Shown: positions 11,827 through 22,493, counted from the first letter of the stretch. The stretch: 58,149 nucleotides of DNA from Alphaproteobacteria bacterium (GCA_045655105.1 JAZOOQ010000014.1:1-58149); one strand, 5' to 3'. The notes: generated by a model not told the origin, from the sequence alone. Program-made: numbers and translations.

Positions 11827-13174
11827 AATATTATCTGGTTTTATGGAGTTGTTGCCGGCTGAGCAGTTAATTTTTGATAAAATGAAAAATATTGTTGAGG
11901 AAACATATCGTTCATTTGGTTTTGTTGGTTTGGATACGCCAGTTTTGGAATTATCTGAAGTTTTATTGGCAAAAGCTGGGGGCGAAACAGAAAAACAAAT
12001 TTATCGCTTTAAGAAAGGTGATAATGATTTATGCATGCGTTTTGATTTAACCGTTCCTTTGGCAAGATATGTCGCGCAACATCAAAATGATTTAACTTTT
12101 CCGTTTAAAAGATATCAAATTTCAAAAAATTATCGTGGGGAAAGACCCCAAAAAGGTCGGTTTAGAGAGTTTTATCAAGCCGATATTGATATTATTGGAA
12201 GTGAAAAATTATCTATTGTATATGATGCTGAAGTGCCATCTATTATGTATCATGTGTTGAAAAAAATAGGTCTTGAACGTTTTCATATTAAATTGAATAA
12301 TCGTAAAATTATGATTGGTTTTTTTGATTCATTAAGTTTGAATGAGCAATCAGCAGAAATTTTAAGAATTATTGATAAAGCGGATAAAATAGGCATTGAA
12401 AATGTTAAAGCTTGTTTAAAAGATTTAATGTTATCAGATGATTTGATTGAAATGATCACTTCCTTTACGATGAAACAAGGGAGCGTTGATGAAATTTTGA
12501 GTTTTCTTAAAGAACAAGGTATTGAAAATGAGAAATATAATGAAGGTGTTTCAGAATTATCTCTTGTTTGTGAAGCTATGAAAAATTTGGGTGTAGATGA
12601 AAATTCTTTTGAAATTGATTTAAAAATTACCAGAGGATTAGATTATTATACGGGGACTGTTTATGAAACATTTTTAGATGATTATCCAAACTGGGGTTCA
12701 ATTTGTTCAGGCGGTCGATATGATAATTTAGCTGAATATTATACGGACAGAAAACTTCCAGGCGTTGGGATGAGTATTGGATTAACAAGGTTTTTTGATT
12801 TGCTCAGAGATCAAAATTTAATTTCTCCTTTAGCGCAAACACCTGCTGATGTTTTGGTTTTACCTATGGGGGAAGAGGCTCTTTTGTATGGTTTAAAAGT
12901 GGCTAGCTTTTTAAGAGAACATGGATTTAATGTGCAAACAAATGCGGCAGATGGTAAATTTAAAAATAAATTAACCTATGCAAATAAACTTCAAGTTCCT
13001 TTTGTTTTAATTTTAGGAGAAGATGAAGTTCAAAGCCAAACAGTGACATTGAAAAACATGACAACAGGAGAGCAAACTCATTTACCTTGTGATGAATTGC
13101 CAACTGTTTTTAAAGAGTTTTTGGAAAAAAATTCTTCTAAAACAACAAAGGTAATCAAAAGCCTTGATAAATAA
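11804..13174 (+). CDS. hisS: Histidine--tRNA ligase
   Basis: RFDLTVP, YRGERPQKGRFREFYQ, RGLDYYTG, GGRYDNL. Confidence 0.97.
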   Translation: MKQKITPKILSGFMELLPAEQLIFDKMKNIVEETYRSFGFVGLDTPVLELSEVLLAKAGGETEKQIYRFKKGDNDLCMRFDLTVPLARYVAQHQNDLTFPFKRYQISKNYRGERPQKGRFREFYQADIDIIGSEKLSIVYDAEVPSIMYHVLKKIGLERFHIKLNNRKIMIGFFDSLSLNEQSAEILRIIDKADKIGIENVKACLKDLMLSDDLIEMITSFTMKQGSVDEILSFLKEQGIENEKYNEGVSELSLVCEAMKNLGVDENSFEIDLKITRGLDYYTGTVYETFLDDYPNWGSICSGGRYDNLAEYYTDRKLPGVGMSIGLTRFFDLLRDQNLISPLAQTPADVLVLPMGEEALLYGLKVASFLREHGFNVQTNAADGKFKNKLTYANKLQVPFVLILGEDEVQSQTVTLKNMTTGEQTHLPCDELPTVFKEFLEKNSSKTTKVIKSLDK

Positions 13175-13183
13175 GTTTTTTGC

Positions 13184-13212
13184 TTGCATAAAATAATATT
13201 TTTAAGTAAAAT
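13184..13212 (+). promoter_or_regulatory. Sigma70-type promoter for dnaE
   Basis: TTGCAT-N17-TAAAAT. Confidence 0.55.
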
Positions 13213-13252
13213 AAAAGCTCTATATTAAAAAACAGAATGAAGAGATGAACTC

Positions 13253-16200
13253 ATGACGGCAACACCAAAATTTATTCATTTGCGCGTTCATACGGCTTAT
13301 TCTATTTTAGAAGGCGCAATTAAAATGAAAGAATTGGCCAAGTGGGCGGCTAATTCTGGTGTTCCAGCCATTGCAATGACTGATACAAATAATATTTTTG
13401 GTGCAATGGATTTTGCTGATGTTTGCGTAAAAGCAGGGGTTCAGCCTATTTTGGGTTGCCAATTGTTGATAAAAACACCAAAAAAGGAAACAAATTCTTT
13501 TGTGGATGATAAAGAAACTTTTGATAAAGTTGTTGTCTTGGTTCAAAATGAAGCAGGTTATCTTTCTTTGCTTCAATTTTTTAAATATTTTTATACAGGT
13601 GAGGGAAAACAAGGCACTCCTCACTTAACTTTTGATGAGTTGTTAGCTCATTCAGAAGGTTTGATTTTATTGACAGGCGGTGCGCAAGGAATTTTAGCTC
13701 GCTCGGTATATGATGGGGATATAGAGTTTGCCCAAAAGCTTGCTATGCAACTAAAAGAAGCTTATCAAGATAGGCTTTATATTGAAATTCAACGGCATGG
13801 AACGGAAGTTGAAGAAAAAACAGAAGATGGTTTTTTAAAAATTGCCTATGATTTAAATATTCCTTTGGTGGCAACAAATGAGGCATATTTTGTTTCACCA
13901 GATATGTATGAGGCGCATGATGCATTGCTTTGCATTGCTGATAAAACGTTTGTTGATGTGGCTTCTCGCAGAAAGGTAACGCCAGAGCATTACTTAAAGA
14001 GCGAAGAGGAAATGCTTGAAATATTTAAAGATTTGCCAGAGGCAACTTTAAATACTGTTGAAATTGCAAAACGGTGTTATTTTTTGGCAGGTAAGAAAAA
14101 ACCTGCATTCCCTAATTATGATTGTGGTGGAAAAACAGAAGATGAAAAATTAGCTGAAATGGCTGAGGCTGGTTTTGAAATTCGCATGCAAGGGCGTTCA
14201 GAAGAAGAACGAAAGAGATATCATGAGCGTTTATTATATGAATTAAGCATTATTAAAACAATGGGTTTCCCTGGATACTTCTTAATTGTTGCTGATTTTA
14301 TTCAATGGTCAAAAGCCAATGGGGTGCCTGTTGGGCCAGGGCGAGGATCAGGGGCTGGTTCAGTGGTTGCTTGGTGTTTAACAATTACAAATATCGATCC
14401 ACTTCGTTTTAATCTTCTTTTTGAACGGTTTTTAAATCCAGAACGTGTATCTATGCCAGATTTTGACGTTGACTTTTGCCAGGAAAATCGAGCAAAAACA
14501 ATAGAATATGTTCAACGAAAATATGGTCTTGATCATGTTGCTCAAATTTTAGCATTAGGGCAGTTGCAAGCAAAAGCGGTTATCAGAGATGTAGGGCGTG
14601 TATTGCAGGTGCCATATCCTGTTGTTGATCGTTTATCTAAACTAGTTCCTCCAACATTAGGGATAACATTACAAGAAGCGTTAGATCAAGAGCCAGAATT
14701 TCAAAAAGAAGCACAAGCGGATGATACAATTGCAAGATTGTTAGAAATTGCGTTGAAATTAGAGGGGATGTATCGTAATATTTCAATGCATGCAGCTGGT
14801 GTGGTGATTGGAAACAAGCCATTAGATCAAATTGTTCCATTATATAAAGATCCATCTTCGGATATGCCGATTACACAATATGATAAGCATTTTGTTGAAG
14901 ATGCCAGTTTGATCAAATTTGACTTTTTGGGATTAAAAACCTTAACAACAATTGAAAAAACATTAGAACTTATTCGTCAAAAAGAAGATGTTACATTTGA
15001 TATTAATAATTTACCTCTTGAAGATGAAAAAACATATGAGCTTTTAAAATCTGGCAACACAACCGGGGTGTTCCAACTTGAAAGTACTGGGATGCGCAAA
15101 ATCTTGTTAGAGATGCAACCAGATAAAATTGAAGATATTGTGGCTTTGGTTTCTCTTTATCGACCTGGACCAATGGATAGCATTCCAAGCTATATTGCGC
15201 GTAAAAAAGGAGAAGAAATCCCAGATTATATGCACCCAATGTTAGAAGGCATTTTAAAAGAAACATATGGGATTATGATTTACCAAGAACAAGTTATGCA
15301 AATTTCTCAGGTGATGGCAGGATATACGCTGGGAGGAGCAGACTTGTTGCGTCGTGCAATGGGTAAAAAAATTAAATCTGAAATGGATAAACAGCGCTCT
15401 ATCTTTGTTGAAGGCGCGGTGAATAATAATGTTGAGCGCGCCACAGCTGAGCTTGTTTTTGATAAGATGGCAAAGTTTGCCGAGTATGGATTTAATAAAT
15501 CGCATGCAGCCGCCTATGCATATATTGCTTATCAAACAGCCTTTTTGAAAGCTCATTATCCTGTTGAGTTTATGGCTGCAACGATGACGCTTGATAAAAC
15601 CAATACGGATAAGTTGGCCTTTTTTAAAAATGATTTAACTCAGATGCATATTCAAGTTTTATCTCCGGATATTAATAAATCTGAGGTGAATTTTAGTGTT
15701 GAAAATGGTGCTGTTCGATATGCGCTTTCAGCAGTGAGAAATGTTGGTGAAGGTGGTATGCAATTAGTTGTTGAAGAAAGAAAAAAGAATGGACCATATA
15801 AATCTGTTCAAGACTTTTTCTCAAGAGTAGATGCATCAGCTTTAAATAAAAGATATATTGAAAATTTAATCAAATCAGGAGCTTTTGACTGTTTAGATAA
15901 AAACAGAGCAAAACTTTTTGAAAATATTGAAAACTTTTTGGCTTTCGCTTCTACGGCAACTCAAAGTCGGAAAAGTGCGCAGATTAATTTATTTGGTGCA
16001 GCAGATACGTCTGTCAATGGGTTAAAAATGCGTGATTATCCAGATTGGCCTCACCTTGAAAAGCTTGAAAAAGAAGCTGAAGCTATTGGTTTTTACTTGT
16101 CTGCTCATCCATTGGATACATTTGATAGTGTTTTTGAGAGATTAAGAGTTATTCCAAGCAATGAGGTGAAACAACAAGTGTTGGTTGCTGGATCGGTTCG

Positions 16201-16684
16201 TATTCAATTAGCGGGAATTGTTTCTTCTGTTCGGGAACGAATTAGTCAAAAAGGGAATAAATTTGCATTTGTAACGGCAACGGATAAATATGGTTCTTAT
16301 GATGCAATTTGTTTTTCAGATGTGTTAAATAGTTCAAAAGATAAATTGAAATCTGGACAACCTTTGTTATTAACAATGACTGCAGATAAAAAACCAGATG
16401 ATGAACAAATCAGAATGAATTTATTGTCAGTTGATTATTTATCAGAAGTAATGGCAAGAACGACTTCTTGCTTGATTTTAGATTTAGATGGGGGAATGGA
16501 AACGCTTCAAGAACTTAAAAATATTCTTTCGCAAGATGCGCCAGGAAGATGCAAAATCTTCTTACGCCTGAAGGTGAAAGGGTATGAAATTGAAGTTGAG
16601 CTTTCAGAAAAATATGAATTATCACAAAAAACGTTGGAGGCCTTGCAACACCTAGGTGGAATAGGTGAGATTAAACAAGTATAA
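13253..16684 (+). CDS. dnaE: DNA polymerase III alpha subunit
   Basis: HLRVHTAYS PHP domain, GPGRGSGAGS, SMPDFDVDF, YGFNKSHAAAY. Confidence 0.98.
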   Translation: MTATPKFIHLRVHTAYSILEGAIKMKELAKWAANSGVPAIAMTDTNNIFGAMDFADVCVKAGVQPILGCQLLIKTPKKETNSFVDDKETFDKVVVLVQNEAGYLSLLQFFKYFYTGEGKQGTPHLTFDELLAHSEGLILLTGGAQGILARSVYDGDIEFAQKLAMQLKEAYQDRLYIEIQRHGTEVEEKTEDGFLKIAYDLNIPLVATNEAYFVSPDMYEAHDALLCIADKTFVDVASRRKVTPEHYLKSEEEMLEIFKDLPEATLNTVEIAKRCYFLAGKKKPAFPNYDCGGKTEDEKLAEMAEAGFEIRMQGRSEEERKRYHERLLYELSIIKTMGFPGYFLIVADFIQWSKANGVPVGPGRGSGAGSVVAWCLTITNIDPLRFNLLFERFLNPERVSMPDFDVDFCQENRAKTIEYVQRKYGLDHVAQILALGQLQAKAVIRDVGRVLQVPYPVVDRLSKLVPPTLGITLQEALDQEPEFQKEAQADDTIARLLEIALKLEGMYRNISMHAAGVVIGNKPLDQIVPLYKDPSSDMPITQYDKHFVEDASLIKFDFLGLKTLTTIEKTLELIRQKEDVTFDINNLPLEDEKTYELLKSGNTTGVFQLESTGMRKILLEMQPDKIEDIVALVSLYRPGPMDSIPSYIARKKGEEIPDYMHPMLEGILKETYGIMIYQEQVMQISQVMAGYTLGGADLLRRAMGKKIKSEMDKQRSIFVEGAVNNNVERATAELVFDKMAKFAEYGFNKSHAAAYAYIAYQTAFLKAHYPVEFMAATMTLDKTNTDKLAFFKNDLTQMHIQVLSPDINKSEVNFSVENGAVRYALSAVRNVGEGGMQLVVEERKKNGPYKSVQDFFSRVDASALNKRYIENLIKSGAFDCLDKNRAKLFENIENFLAFASTATQSRKSAQINLFGAADTSVNGLKMRDYPDWPHLEKLEKEAEAIGFYLSAHPLDTFDSVFERLRVIPSNEVKQQVLVAGSVRIQLAGIVSSVRERISQKGNKFAFVTATDKYGSYDAICFSDVLNSSKDKLKSGQPLLLTMTADKKPDDEQIRMNLLSVDYLSEVMARTTSCLILDLDGGMETLQELKNILSQDAPGRCKIFLRLKVKGYEIEVELSEKYELSQKTLEALQHLGGIGEIKQV

Positions 16685-16698
16685 AAGGATTAAGCGTT

Positions 16699-17682
16699 AT
16701 GACCCCTAATAAAAAAAATGAAAATAAAAAAGTAACACTTTATTTGATTGCTGAAGATTCAAAAGAAACAGTAAAGAAAATAAAAGAAAATGCCATTAAT
16801 TTATTGAATAATAAACCAGTTCATGATGAAGAATTGCGCTCATTGCCATTATTCCCATCATTCAGAGGTTCGCTTGTTGATGCGGCTGAAAAAGTGACGT
16901 ATGAAAATCAAAAATGGTTGCGTTTGGTTTTTAAAGCATCTTTGAAAGATATTGAATATCCAGCCTATCAATTTGAAAAATCATCTGATGTTCCTTTTTA
17001 TTTGATGGATGCTTATGAAGAAGCATTTGAAAAGGTTGCTAAAGAAAGTTCAAATCCTCCGAAATATATTGAAAATGGTGTTGAATTGGGTTCAATTTTA
17101 AAAATATGGTATATTAATGGCGAACGTAAACGTTTTTCATTTTTATACAAAGATAAAAACAGTGACAGTAAGTTTTTATCTCCAGCATTTTATTTGGATG
17201 AGCAAGGAAAACAATTTACTGGTATTGTCAATTGGTTTTTAAATGAAAATGAAATGTTTAGATCTCATTATAATAAAATTTTAAAAAGAACAATGGAAAG
17301 AAAACCATCTGAAATTATTGATGCAACGAATCCGGATGTTGTAACTGTTGTTAATCCTGCAACAACTTCAATTGTATGTACGTCTAAAACTTCTTGGCCA
17401 GTTTTAACACAAGTTACAAAAATTAATAATAAATTATTGCCTGTACGTTCGGATTATAAATATTTTATGAAACAAGATATTGCAAATCAGCTTGCTTTTA
17501 ATGAACTTGAAACATATCAAGGTCGGTCTTTAGCTGGTTGGAAATATACTATTCAAGGTGGAACAACAAATGTTCCTAAATTAAAGAAGAAAAAAGAGAA
17601 GGTAATTTTAAATACTTACCAGTCTAAAACTTCTTTGTGGCGTTGGATAATTAACAAACTTAAAAACGAACGATCAAAATAA
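16699..17682 (+). CDS. Hypothetical protein, no recognised family
   Basis: 327-aa ORF with AAGGA SD directly after dnaE. Confidence 0.7.
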   Translation: MTPNKKNENKKVTLYLIAEDSKETVKKIKENAINLLNNKPVHDEELRSLPLFPSFRGSLVDAAEKVTYENQKWLRLVFKASLKDIEYPAYQFEKSSDVPFYLMDAYEEAFEKVAKESSNPPKYIENGVELGSILKIWYINGERKRFSFLYKDKNSDSKFLSPAFYLDEQGKQFTGIVNWFLNENEMFRSHYNKILKRTMERKPSEIIDATNPDVVTVVNPATTSIVCTSKTSWPVLTQVTKINNKLLPVRSDYKYFMKQDIANQLAFNELETYQGRSLAGWKYTIQGGTTNVPKLKKKKEKVILNTYQSKTSLWRWIINKLKNERSK

Positions 17683-17755
17683 ATAACTTGACTTGTTTAA
17701 AGGAAAAGGTCATCATAAGGTCAGTTAAATAACAGATAAAGAGGGGTTAGAAACG

Positions 17756-18577
17756 ATGTATTCAGGTGTTCCTTTTCCTGAAATTGATCCAGTAATTTTT
17801 CAGATAGGATTTTTTTCTTTAAGATGGTATTCTTTAGCCTATATCGTTGGGATTATTGGTGCCTGGTTTATGGCCAGAAAAATGTCAATTAAAAAGAAAA
17901 GCGTGTTTACGGTTTTAAAAATAGATGATTTTTTGGTATGGGCAACTGTTGGTATTATTTTAGGTGGGCGCTTAGGATATGTTTTATTTTATAATGCTTC
18001 ATATTATTTAGAGTTTCCTCTTAAAATTTTTGCCTTATGGCAAGGAGGAATGTCTTTTCATGGAGGCTTATTGGGGGTTATCATTGCTTCATGCATCTTT
18101 GCTAAAAAAAGAAAAATCCCTCTTTTAGAAATGTCTGATATTTTAGTTTGTGTTGCGCCTTTTGGCTTGTTTTTAGGGCGATTAGCCAATTTTTCAAATG
18201 GGGAACTGTTCGGAAGAGTGACGCATTCTGTTCCATGGGCAATTATTTTCCCTGATGGAGGCCCAGAACCAAGGCATCCAAGTCAATTGTATGAAGCGGC
18301 ATTAGAGGGTGTTGTTTTATTTTTAATTTTAAATTCCATTTTTTGGTTTTCAAAAAGATTACAAGAACGTCAAGGTTTTTTAACGGGATTATTTTTCTTG
18401 TTATATGGAATATTTCGCTTTTTGCTTGAATATACGCGCGAACCTGATGGTCATTTAGGTTTTATTTGGCAAGATTTATCTATGGGCCAAATTTTGAGTA
18501 TCCCAATGGTTTTATTTGGTGTTTATTTGATTAAAAAGAGTTCTTTTAAAAATAAATTGAAAAAAATTGATATATAA
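17756..18577 (+). CDS. lgt: Prolipoprotein diacylglyceryl transferase
   Basis: RWYSLAY, GGRLGY, WQGGMSFHGG, GRLANFSNGEL, RHPSQLYE. Confidence 0.97.
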   Translation: MYSGVPFPEIDPVIFQIGFFSLRWYSLAYIVGIIGAWFMARKMSIKKKSVFTVLKIDDFLVWATVGIILGGRLGYVLFYNASYYLEFPLKIFALWQGGMSFHGGLLGVIIASCIFAKKRKIPLLEMSDILVCVAPFGLFLGRLANFSNGELFGRVTHSVPWAIIFPDGGPEPRHPSQLYEAALEGVVLFLILNSIFWFSKRLQERQGFLTGLFFLLYGIFRFLLEYTREPDGHLGFIWQDLSMGQILSIPMVLFGVYLIKKSSFKNKLKKIDI

Positions 18578-18597
18578 CATAGGAAGGCGAGAATCAG

Positions 18598-19224
18598 ATG
18601 GAAACAGTTCCTTGTCTAGAAAGTGAATTTATTTTTCATGGATTTTATAATGCAAAAGAAAGTGAAAAACTGGAAAATATTATTTTAATGAACCAAGTTC
18701 ATTCAGCAGATGTTTTGGTTATAAGTGAGCCTCTTTCTAAAGCCCCTCAAGTAGATGCATTAGTAACAAAAACATCAGGTTTGGCATTAGCTGTAAAAAC
18801 AGCTGATTGTGCGCCTGTTTTACTTTGTGATAAAAAAAATAAAGTAGTTGGTGCTGTTCATGCTGGTTGGAAAGGCGCTTTTCAAGGCGTTATTGAAAAC
18901 ACTCTTTTAAAGATGATAGAAATAGGCGCAGATATTTCTTGTATTCAAGCTGGAATAGGACCTCATATTCAAAAAGAAAGTTTTGAAGCTGATGAAAAAA
19001 TGAAATCTCTTTTTCCGGTTACGGAACATCATTTTTTTGAAAACAAAGAAGATGGAAGATATCATTTTGATTTTCATGGATATGTTCTTTATCGTTTAAA
19101 AAGAGCAGGAATTAAACAGATTGACTCTGTTTTGATTGATACATATCAAGATGATGCCTATTTAAGTTATAGACGTGATCCTAAAAATCCTGCAAGGCAA
19201 TTTTCCGTTATTGAATTAAAATAA
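18598..19224 (+). CDS. pgeF: PgeF/YfiH-family protein, short form
   Basis: QVHS, TADCAPV and HAGWKG triad; GPHI; SYRR. Confidence 0.88.
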   Translation: METVPCLESEFIFHGFYNAKESEKLENIILMNQVHSADVLVISEPLSKAPQVDALVTKTSGLALAVKTADCAPVLLCDKKNKVVGAVHAGWKGAFQGVIENTLLKMIEIGADISCIQAGIGPHIQKESFEADEKMKSLFPVTEHHFFENKEDGRYHFDFHGYVLYRLKRAGIKQIDSVLIDTYQDDAYLSYRRDPKNPARQFSVIELK

Positions 19225-19228
19225 TTTT

Positions 19229-20527
19229 TTATTTTTTTGGTGATAACTCTAAAATATCTTGTGCCTTATGATATTGGGGTGTGTCTTTTTTTAACCCCTT
19301 TAGAGCTTTTTGTGCTGATTTTTCAGCATTTTTATAATCACCTTGAGTGCGATATAACTCAGCCATAGCGTAATCACGCAAGGCGATTTGATTTGTTCTA
19401 TCATAAGCTGTTGCTAATAATTGCCAAACAAAAGGGATATCCTGTTCTGTTAATAAGATTTTTTCAAGTTCTTTTTGTGCTTGAATAGCATTTTGCTGAT
19501 TTTCATTTTGAAGAAGGGCTTGAGCTAAAGAAAGGCGAATGAGCGGTGCCTGTTGAATATATTTTAAAGCTTCTTTATAATAATGAATAGATTCATCAAT
19601 TTTTCCTGTTTCAAGTAAAAACTGAGCTTTTAATTCATAAAAATAAGGAAAATTAGGTTTAGATTTGATAAGTGTATCCAAGGTATCCAAACTTTTTGTT
19701 AACTCTCTATTTCTATAATAAGCAATCGCCTTTGCATAAAGGGCTTGTATTGTATTTTGATTTCGATAAATATCAAAAACACGTTGTGGAGGATATAAAA
19801 AACCAATTAGTTTAGATTTAATGAGCTCAAAACGGATATCTTGATTTAAGGGAAGGGGGTTTTGTGTAAAACGTTCAAGAGCTGCCATTCTTTCTTGAGA
19901 AAGTGGATGGGTGCGTAAATAACTGAATTCATTTTCTGGTGTTAATCGATCTTCAATGCGAATTAATTTCATTGTGTTTAAAAAGCCAGCCATTGAATAG
20001 TTTGTTTTTTCCATAATATCAACGGCAATTCGGTCAGCGGCACTTTCATCTGTTTGTCTAAACGAAGTGTAAAGTGCTTCTGCCGACGTGTTCCCGCCCA
20101 TCATAACGGCAATGCCTGCATCTGGACGACCAGCAACAGCAACAAGACCTCCTAAAATAGTGGAGATTAACGCTGTTGTTTGTGATTTTTTATAAGCTTC
20201 AATGCTCCGTAAAATATGACCACCTTTAATGTGCCCTGTTTCATGAGCTAAAACAAAAATTAAATCATCAATATTTTTTGCTTGAGTAAGAAGTCCAGTG
20301 TGAACAAAGATAGTATGGCCACCAACAACAAAGGCATTTAAACTTTGATCATTTACTATTACAACACTTGCTTTTTGAGAGGGTAATCCTGCAACTTTAA
20401 ATATTTTTTGTATATAACTGGTTAAAACGCCTTCTATTTCTGTGTCTCTAATAAGGGAAAGAGATTGCGCTGGCGCATTGAATGAAAAAAAGAAGAGTAA
20501 AAAGAAAATAAGAGTTTTGAATTTCAT
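19229..20527 (-). CDS. M48 metalloprotease with TPR domain (BepA/YfgC-like)
   Basis: Signal peptide, NAFV, LAHETGH, ESAAD, YLRTHP, helical TPR-like C-terminus. Confidence 0.9.
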   Translation of the reverse strand: MKFKTLIFFLLFFFSFNAPAQSLSLIRDTEIEGVLTSYIQKIFKVAGLPSQKASVVIVNDQSLNAFVVGGHTIFVHTGLLTQAKNIDDLIFVLAHETGHIKGGHILRSIEAYKKSQTTALISTILGGLVAVAGRPDAGIAVMMGGNTSAEALYTSFRQTDESAADRIAVDIMEKTNYSMAGFLNTMKLIRIEDRLTPENEFSYLRTHPLSQERMAALERFTQNPLPLNQDIRFELIKSKLIGFLYPPQRVFDIYRNQNTIQALYAKAIAYYRNRELTKSLDTLDTLIKSKPNFPYFYELKAQFLLETGKIDESIHYYKEALKYIQQAPLIRLSLAQALLQNENQQNAIQAQKELEKILLTEQDIPFVWQLLATAYDRTNQIALRDYAMAELYRTQGDYKNAEKSAQKALKGLKKDTPQYHKAQDILELSPKK

Positions 20528-20662
20528 TTTAATTACCTTTTGTTTTAATTATTTTAAGATAATTAAATAAAATCGTCAATGGGTTTGTTGAAATGAAAAA
20601 AAAAGAGCGCTTGACAAAGAATATAAATTTGTGTCTAAATATACCTATTTAGAGGTAAAAAA

Positions 20663-21190
20663 ATGAAATCAGAAAATAAAGAAATTATCGCGGGACTTCT
20701 GCTATTTATCCTTTTAGTTGTAAGTTTGTTATTTGTTCATGCACGCTCTGTTTTGGATAAAAAAGGAACAGATTTTGTTTTGTATGCGCCGTTTAATCAG
20801 TCTGATGGGCTTATGATTGGAGCTGATGTTCGTATGGGCGGAATTAAGGTTGGTCGAGTAGTTGATCAATCGTTGAATAATAATTATCAAGTTCTGGTTA
20901 AAATGGAATTCTTTAAATCAATGACAATCCCTGTTGATTCTTCTGTTATTATTGAAACAGATGGATTATTAGGAGCAAAACATATTGAAATTGTTCCAGG
21001 TGCTGATGAAGAGCTTTGTGTTTCTGGTGGTGAGCTTGAGTATACTCAAGATGCATTAATTTTGAGCGAATTAATGGATAAAGTGAATGCATATATGCGT
21101 GAAAAGAAAAAGAAAGAAGAGGTTGTTGCGGAAACAACAAGTTCAATTGCTGATGTTGAAATTGAAGAAAAAGAGGAGCAAGCAGAATGA
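20663..21190 (+). CDS. mlaD: MCE/MlaD-family protein, paralog 1
   Basis: N-terminal TM; GLMIGADVRMGGIKVGRV; TDGLLGAKHIEIVPG. Confidence 0.88.
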   Translation: MKSENKEIIAGLLLFILLVVSLLFVHARSVLDKKGTDFVLYAPFNQSDGLMIGADVRMGGIKVGRVVDQSLNNNYQVLVKMEFFKSMTIPVDSSVIIETDGLLGAKHIEIVPGADEELCVSGGELEYTQDALILSELMDKVNAYMREKKKKEEVVAETTSSIADVEIEEKEEQAE

Positions 21191-21630
21191 AGAAAAATCC
21201 AGTTGAAACGATTTTAGGTTTTTGTGTGTTAATTTTTGCAGGAGTTTTTCTCTTTTTTGCCGGATCAAGAGTTGATACTAAAGCTGTTGAAGGTTATAAG
21301 GTTCATGCAAACTTTTTGAAAATAGGTGGATTAGAAGTTGGATCAGATGTTCGTATTGCAGGTATTAAAGTGGGCTCAGTGCTGTCAACAACTTTAAATC
21401 CAGAGGATTATACGGCTGATGTTGTGTTAAGTATTGATCATTCTGTTTCTTTACCTGATGATACATTGGCTGCCGTTTCTGATGTGGGTGTTATGGGTGG
21501 CAAATATGTTTCTTTAACACCAGGGAAAAGCAAAGTTTTATTGCGTGATCAAGGAAGAATTTCTCAAACAAAAGATTATAAGTCTTTAGAAGATAGTGTT
21601 TCAGAGTTCATTTTTCTTTCAACAAATTAA
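21187..21630 (+). CDS. mlaD: MCE/MlaD-family protein, paralog 2
   Basis: GGLEVGSDVRIAGIKVGSV; GVMGGKYVSLTPG; ATGA overlap with paralog 1. Confidence 0.9.
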   Translation: MKKNPVETILGFCVLIFAGVFLFFAGSRVDTKAVEGYKVHANFLKIGGLEVGSDVRIAGIKVGSVLSTTLNPEDYTADVVLSIDHSVSLPDDTLAAVSDVGVMGGKYVSLTPGKSKVLLRDQGRISQTKDYKSLEDSVSEFIFLSTN

Positions 21631-21641
21631 AGGTGAGTTAA

Positions 21642-22109
21642 ATGAAAAAAGTTTTTCTTTTTAGTGCATTGCTTTTTTGCTCATCAGCTTTTGCTGATGA
21701 TATTTCAACCAAAACCATGATGATTCGAGGGGTTGATAAAGTGACGGGTCATGTTTCAACGGTGAAGGCAGTTGTGCATGAGCCGCTAGAGTTTGGTTCA
21801 TTAATGATTGTTCCTGAAAGATGCTTAACAAAACCTCCAGAAGAAACACCTGAAAATGCTGCCTTTTTTAGAATTTTTGAAAAAGATGCAGATGGTGTTC
21901 AGCAAACAGTTTTTAATGGGTGGATGTTTTCTTCAAATCCAGCTTTATCTGCCATGGAACACCCAAGATATGATATTTGGGTTTTATATTGTATCAATGA
22001 TGATTTGAATTCTAAAATTGTTTCTCCAGAAAAGATTTCGAAGGAAGATGATTTAAATTTAGTGGCAGAAGATGATAATCCAGCGCTTAGTGAAGAGCCT
22101 GAAGATTGA
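21642..22109 (+). CDS. DUF2155-family secreted protein
   Basis: [42 protein letters not shown]; usual position after mlaD. Confidence 0.88.
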   Translation: MKKVFLFSALLFCSSAFADDISTKTMMIRGVDKVTGHVSTVKAVVHEPLEFGSLMIVPERCLTKPPEETPENAAFFRIFEKDADGVQQTVFNGWMFSSNPALSAMEHPRYDIWVLYCINDDLNSKIVSPEKISKEDDLNLVAEDDNPALSEEPED

Positions 22110-22206
22110 TTTTTTGATAAAAAAAAGAATTAAATTTAAAAAAAGTATTGATTTTTCTTTTTATATCGTGTATAAAATAGACCTCAATGAATCTATGGAG
22201 TTAAAA

Positions 22207-22428
22207 ATGAAAAAAGATATTCATCCGGATTACCACGAAATTACAGTTGTTATGACAGATGGCACTGAATTTAAAACACGCTCAACATTGGGCAAAGAAG
22301 GTGCTGTTGTTCGTTTAGATATTGATCCGTTATCACATCCGGCTTGGACAGGTGTCTACCGCATGATTGATACTGGTGGTCAATTAGCGAAATTTAACAA
22401 AAAATTTGCTGGTTTCAAAGCATCATAA
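22207..22428 (+). CDS. rpmE: 50S ribosomal protein L31 (Cys-free form)
   Basis: MKKDIHPDY...[13 protein letters not shown]; start at ATG 22207 after GGAG. Confidence 0.96.
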   Translation: MKKDIHPDYHEITVVMTDGTEFKTRSTLGKEGAVVRLDIDPLSHPAWTGVYRMIDTGGQLAKFNKKFAGFKAS

Positions 22429-22460
22429 TCTTTTAACTATTATTTTAGTAAGGGATTTTA

Positions 22461-22493
22461 AAGAAGAGGCATTGTTTACAGTGTCTTTTTTTT
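22461..22493 (+). terminator. Terminator after rpmE
   Basis: AGAGGCATTG-ttta-CAGTGTCTTT followed by a T-run. Confidence 0.65.

Noticed and set aside
20663-21630. Tandem mlaD paralogs as a novelty
   Set aside because: To my knowledge paired MlaD genes before DUF2155 are common in Rhodospirillales-like genomes.
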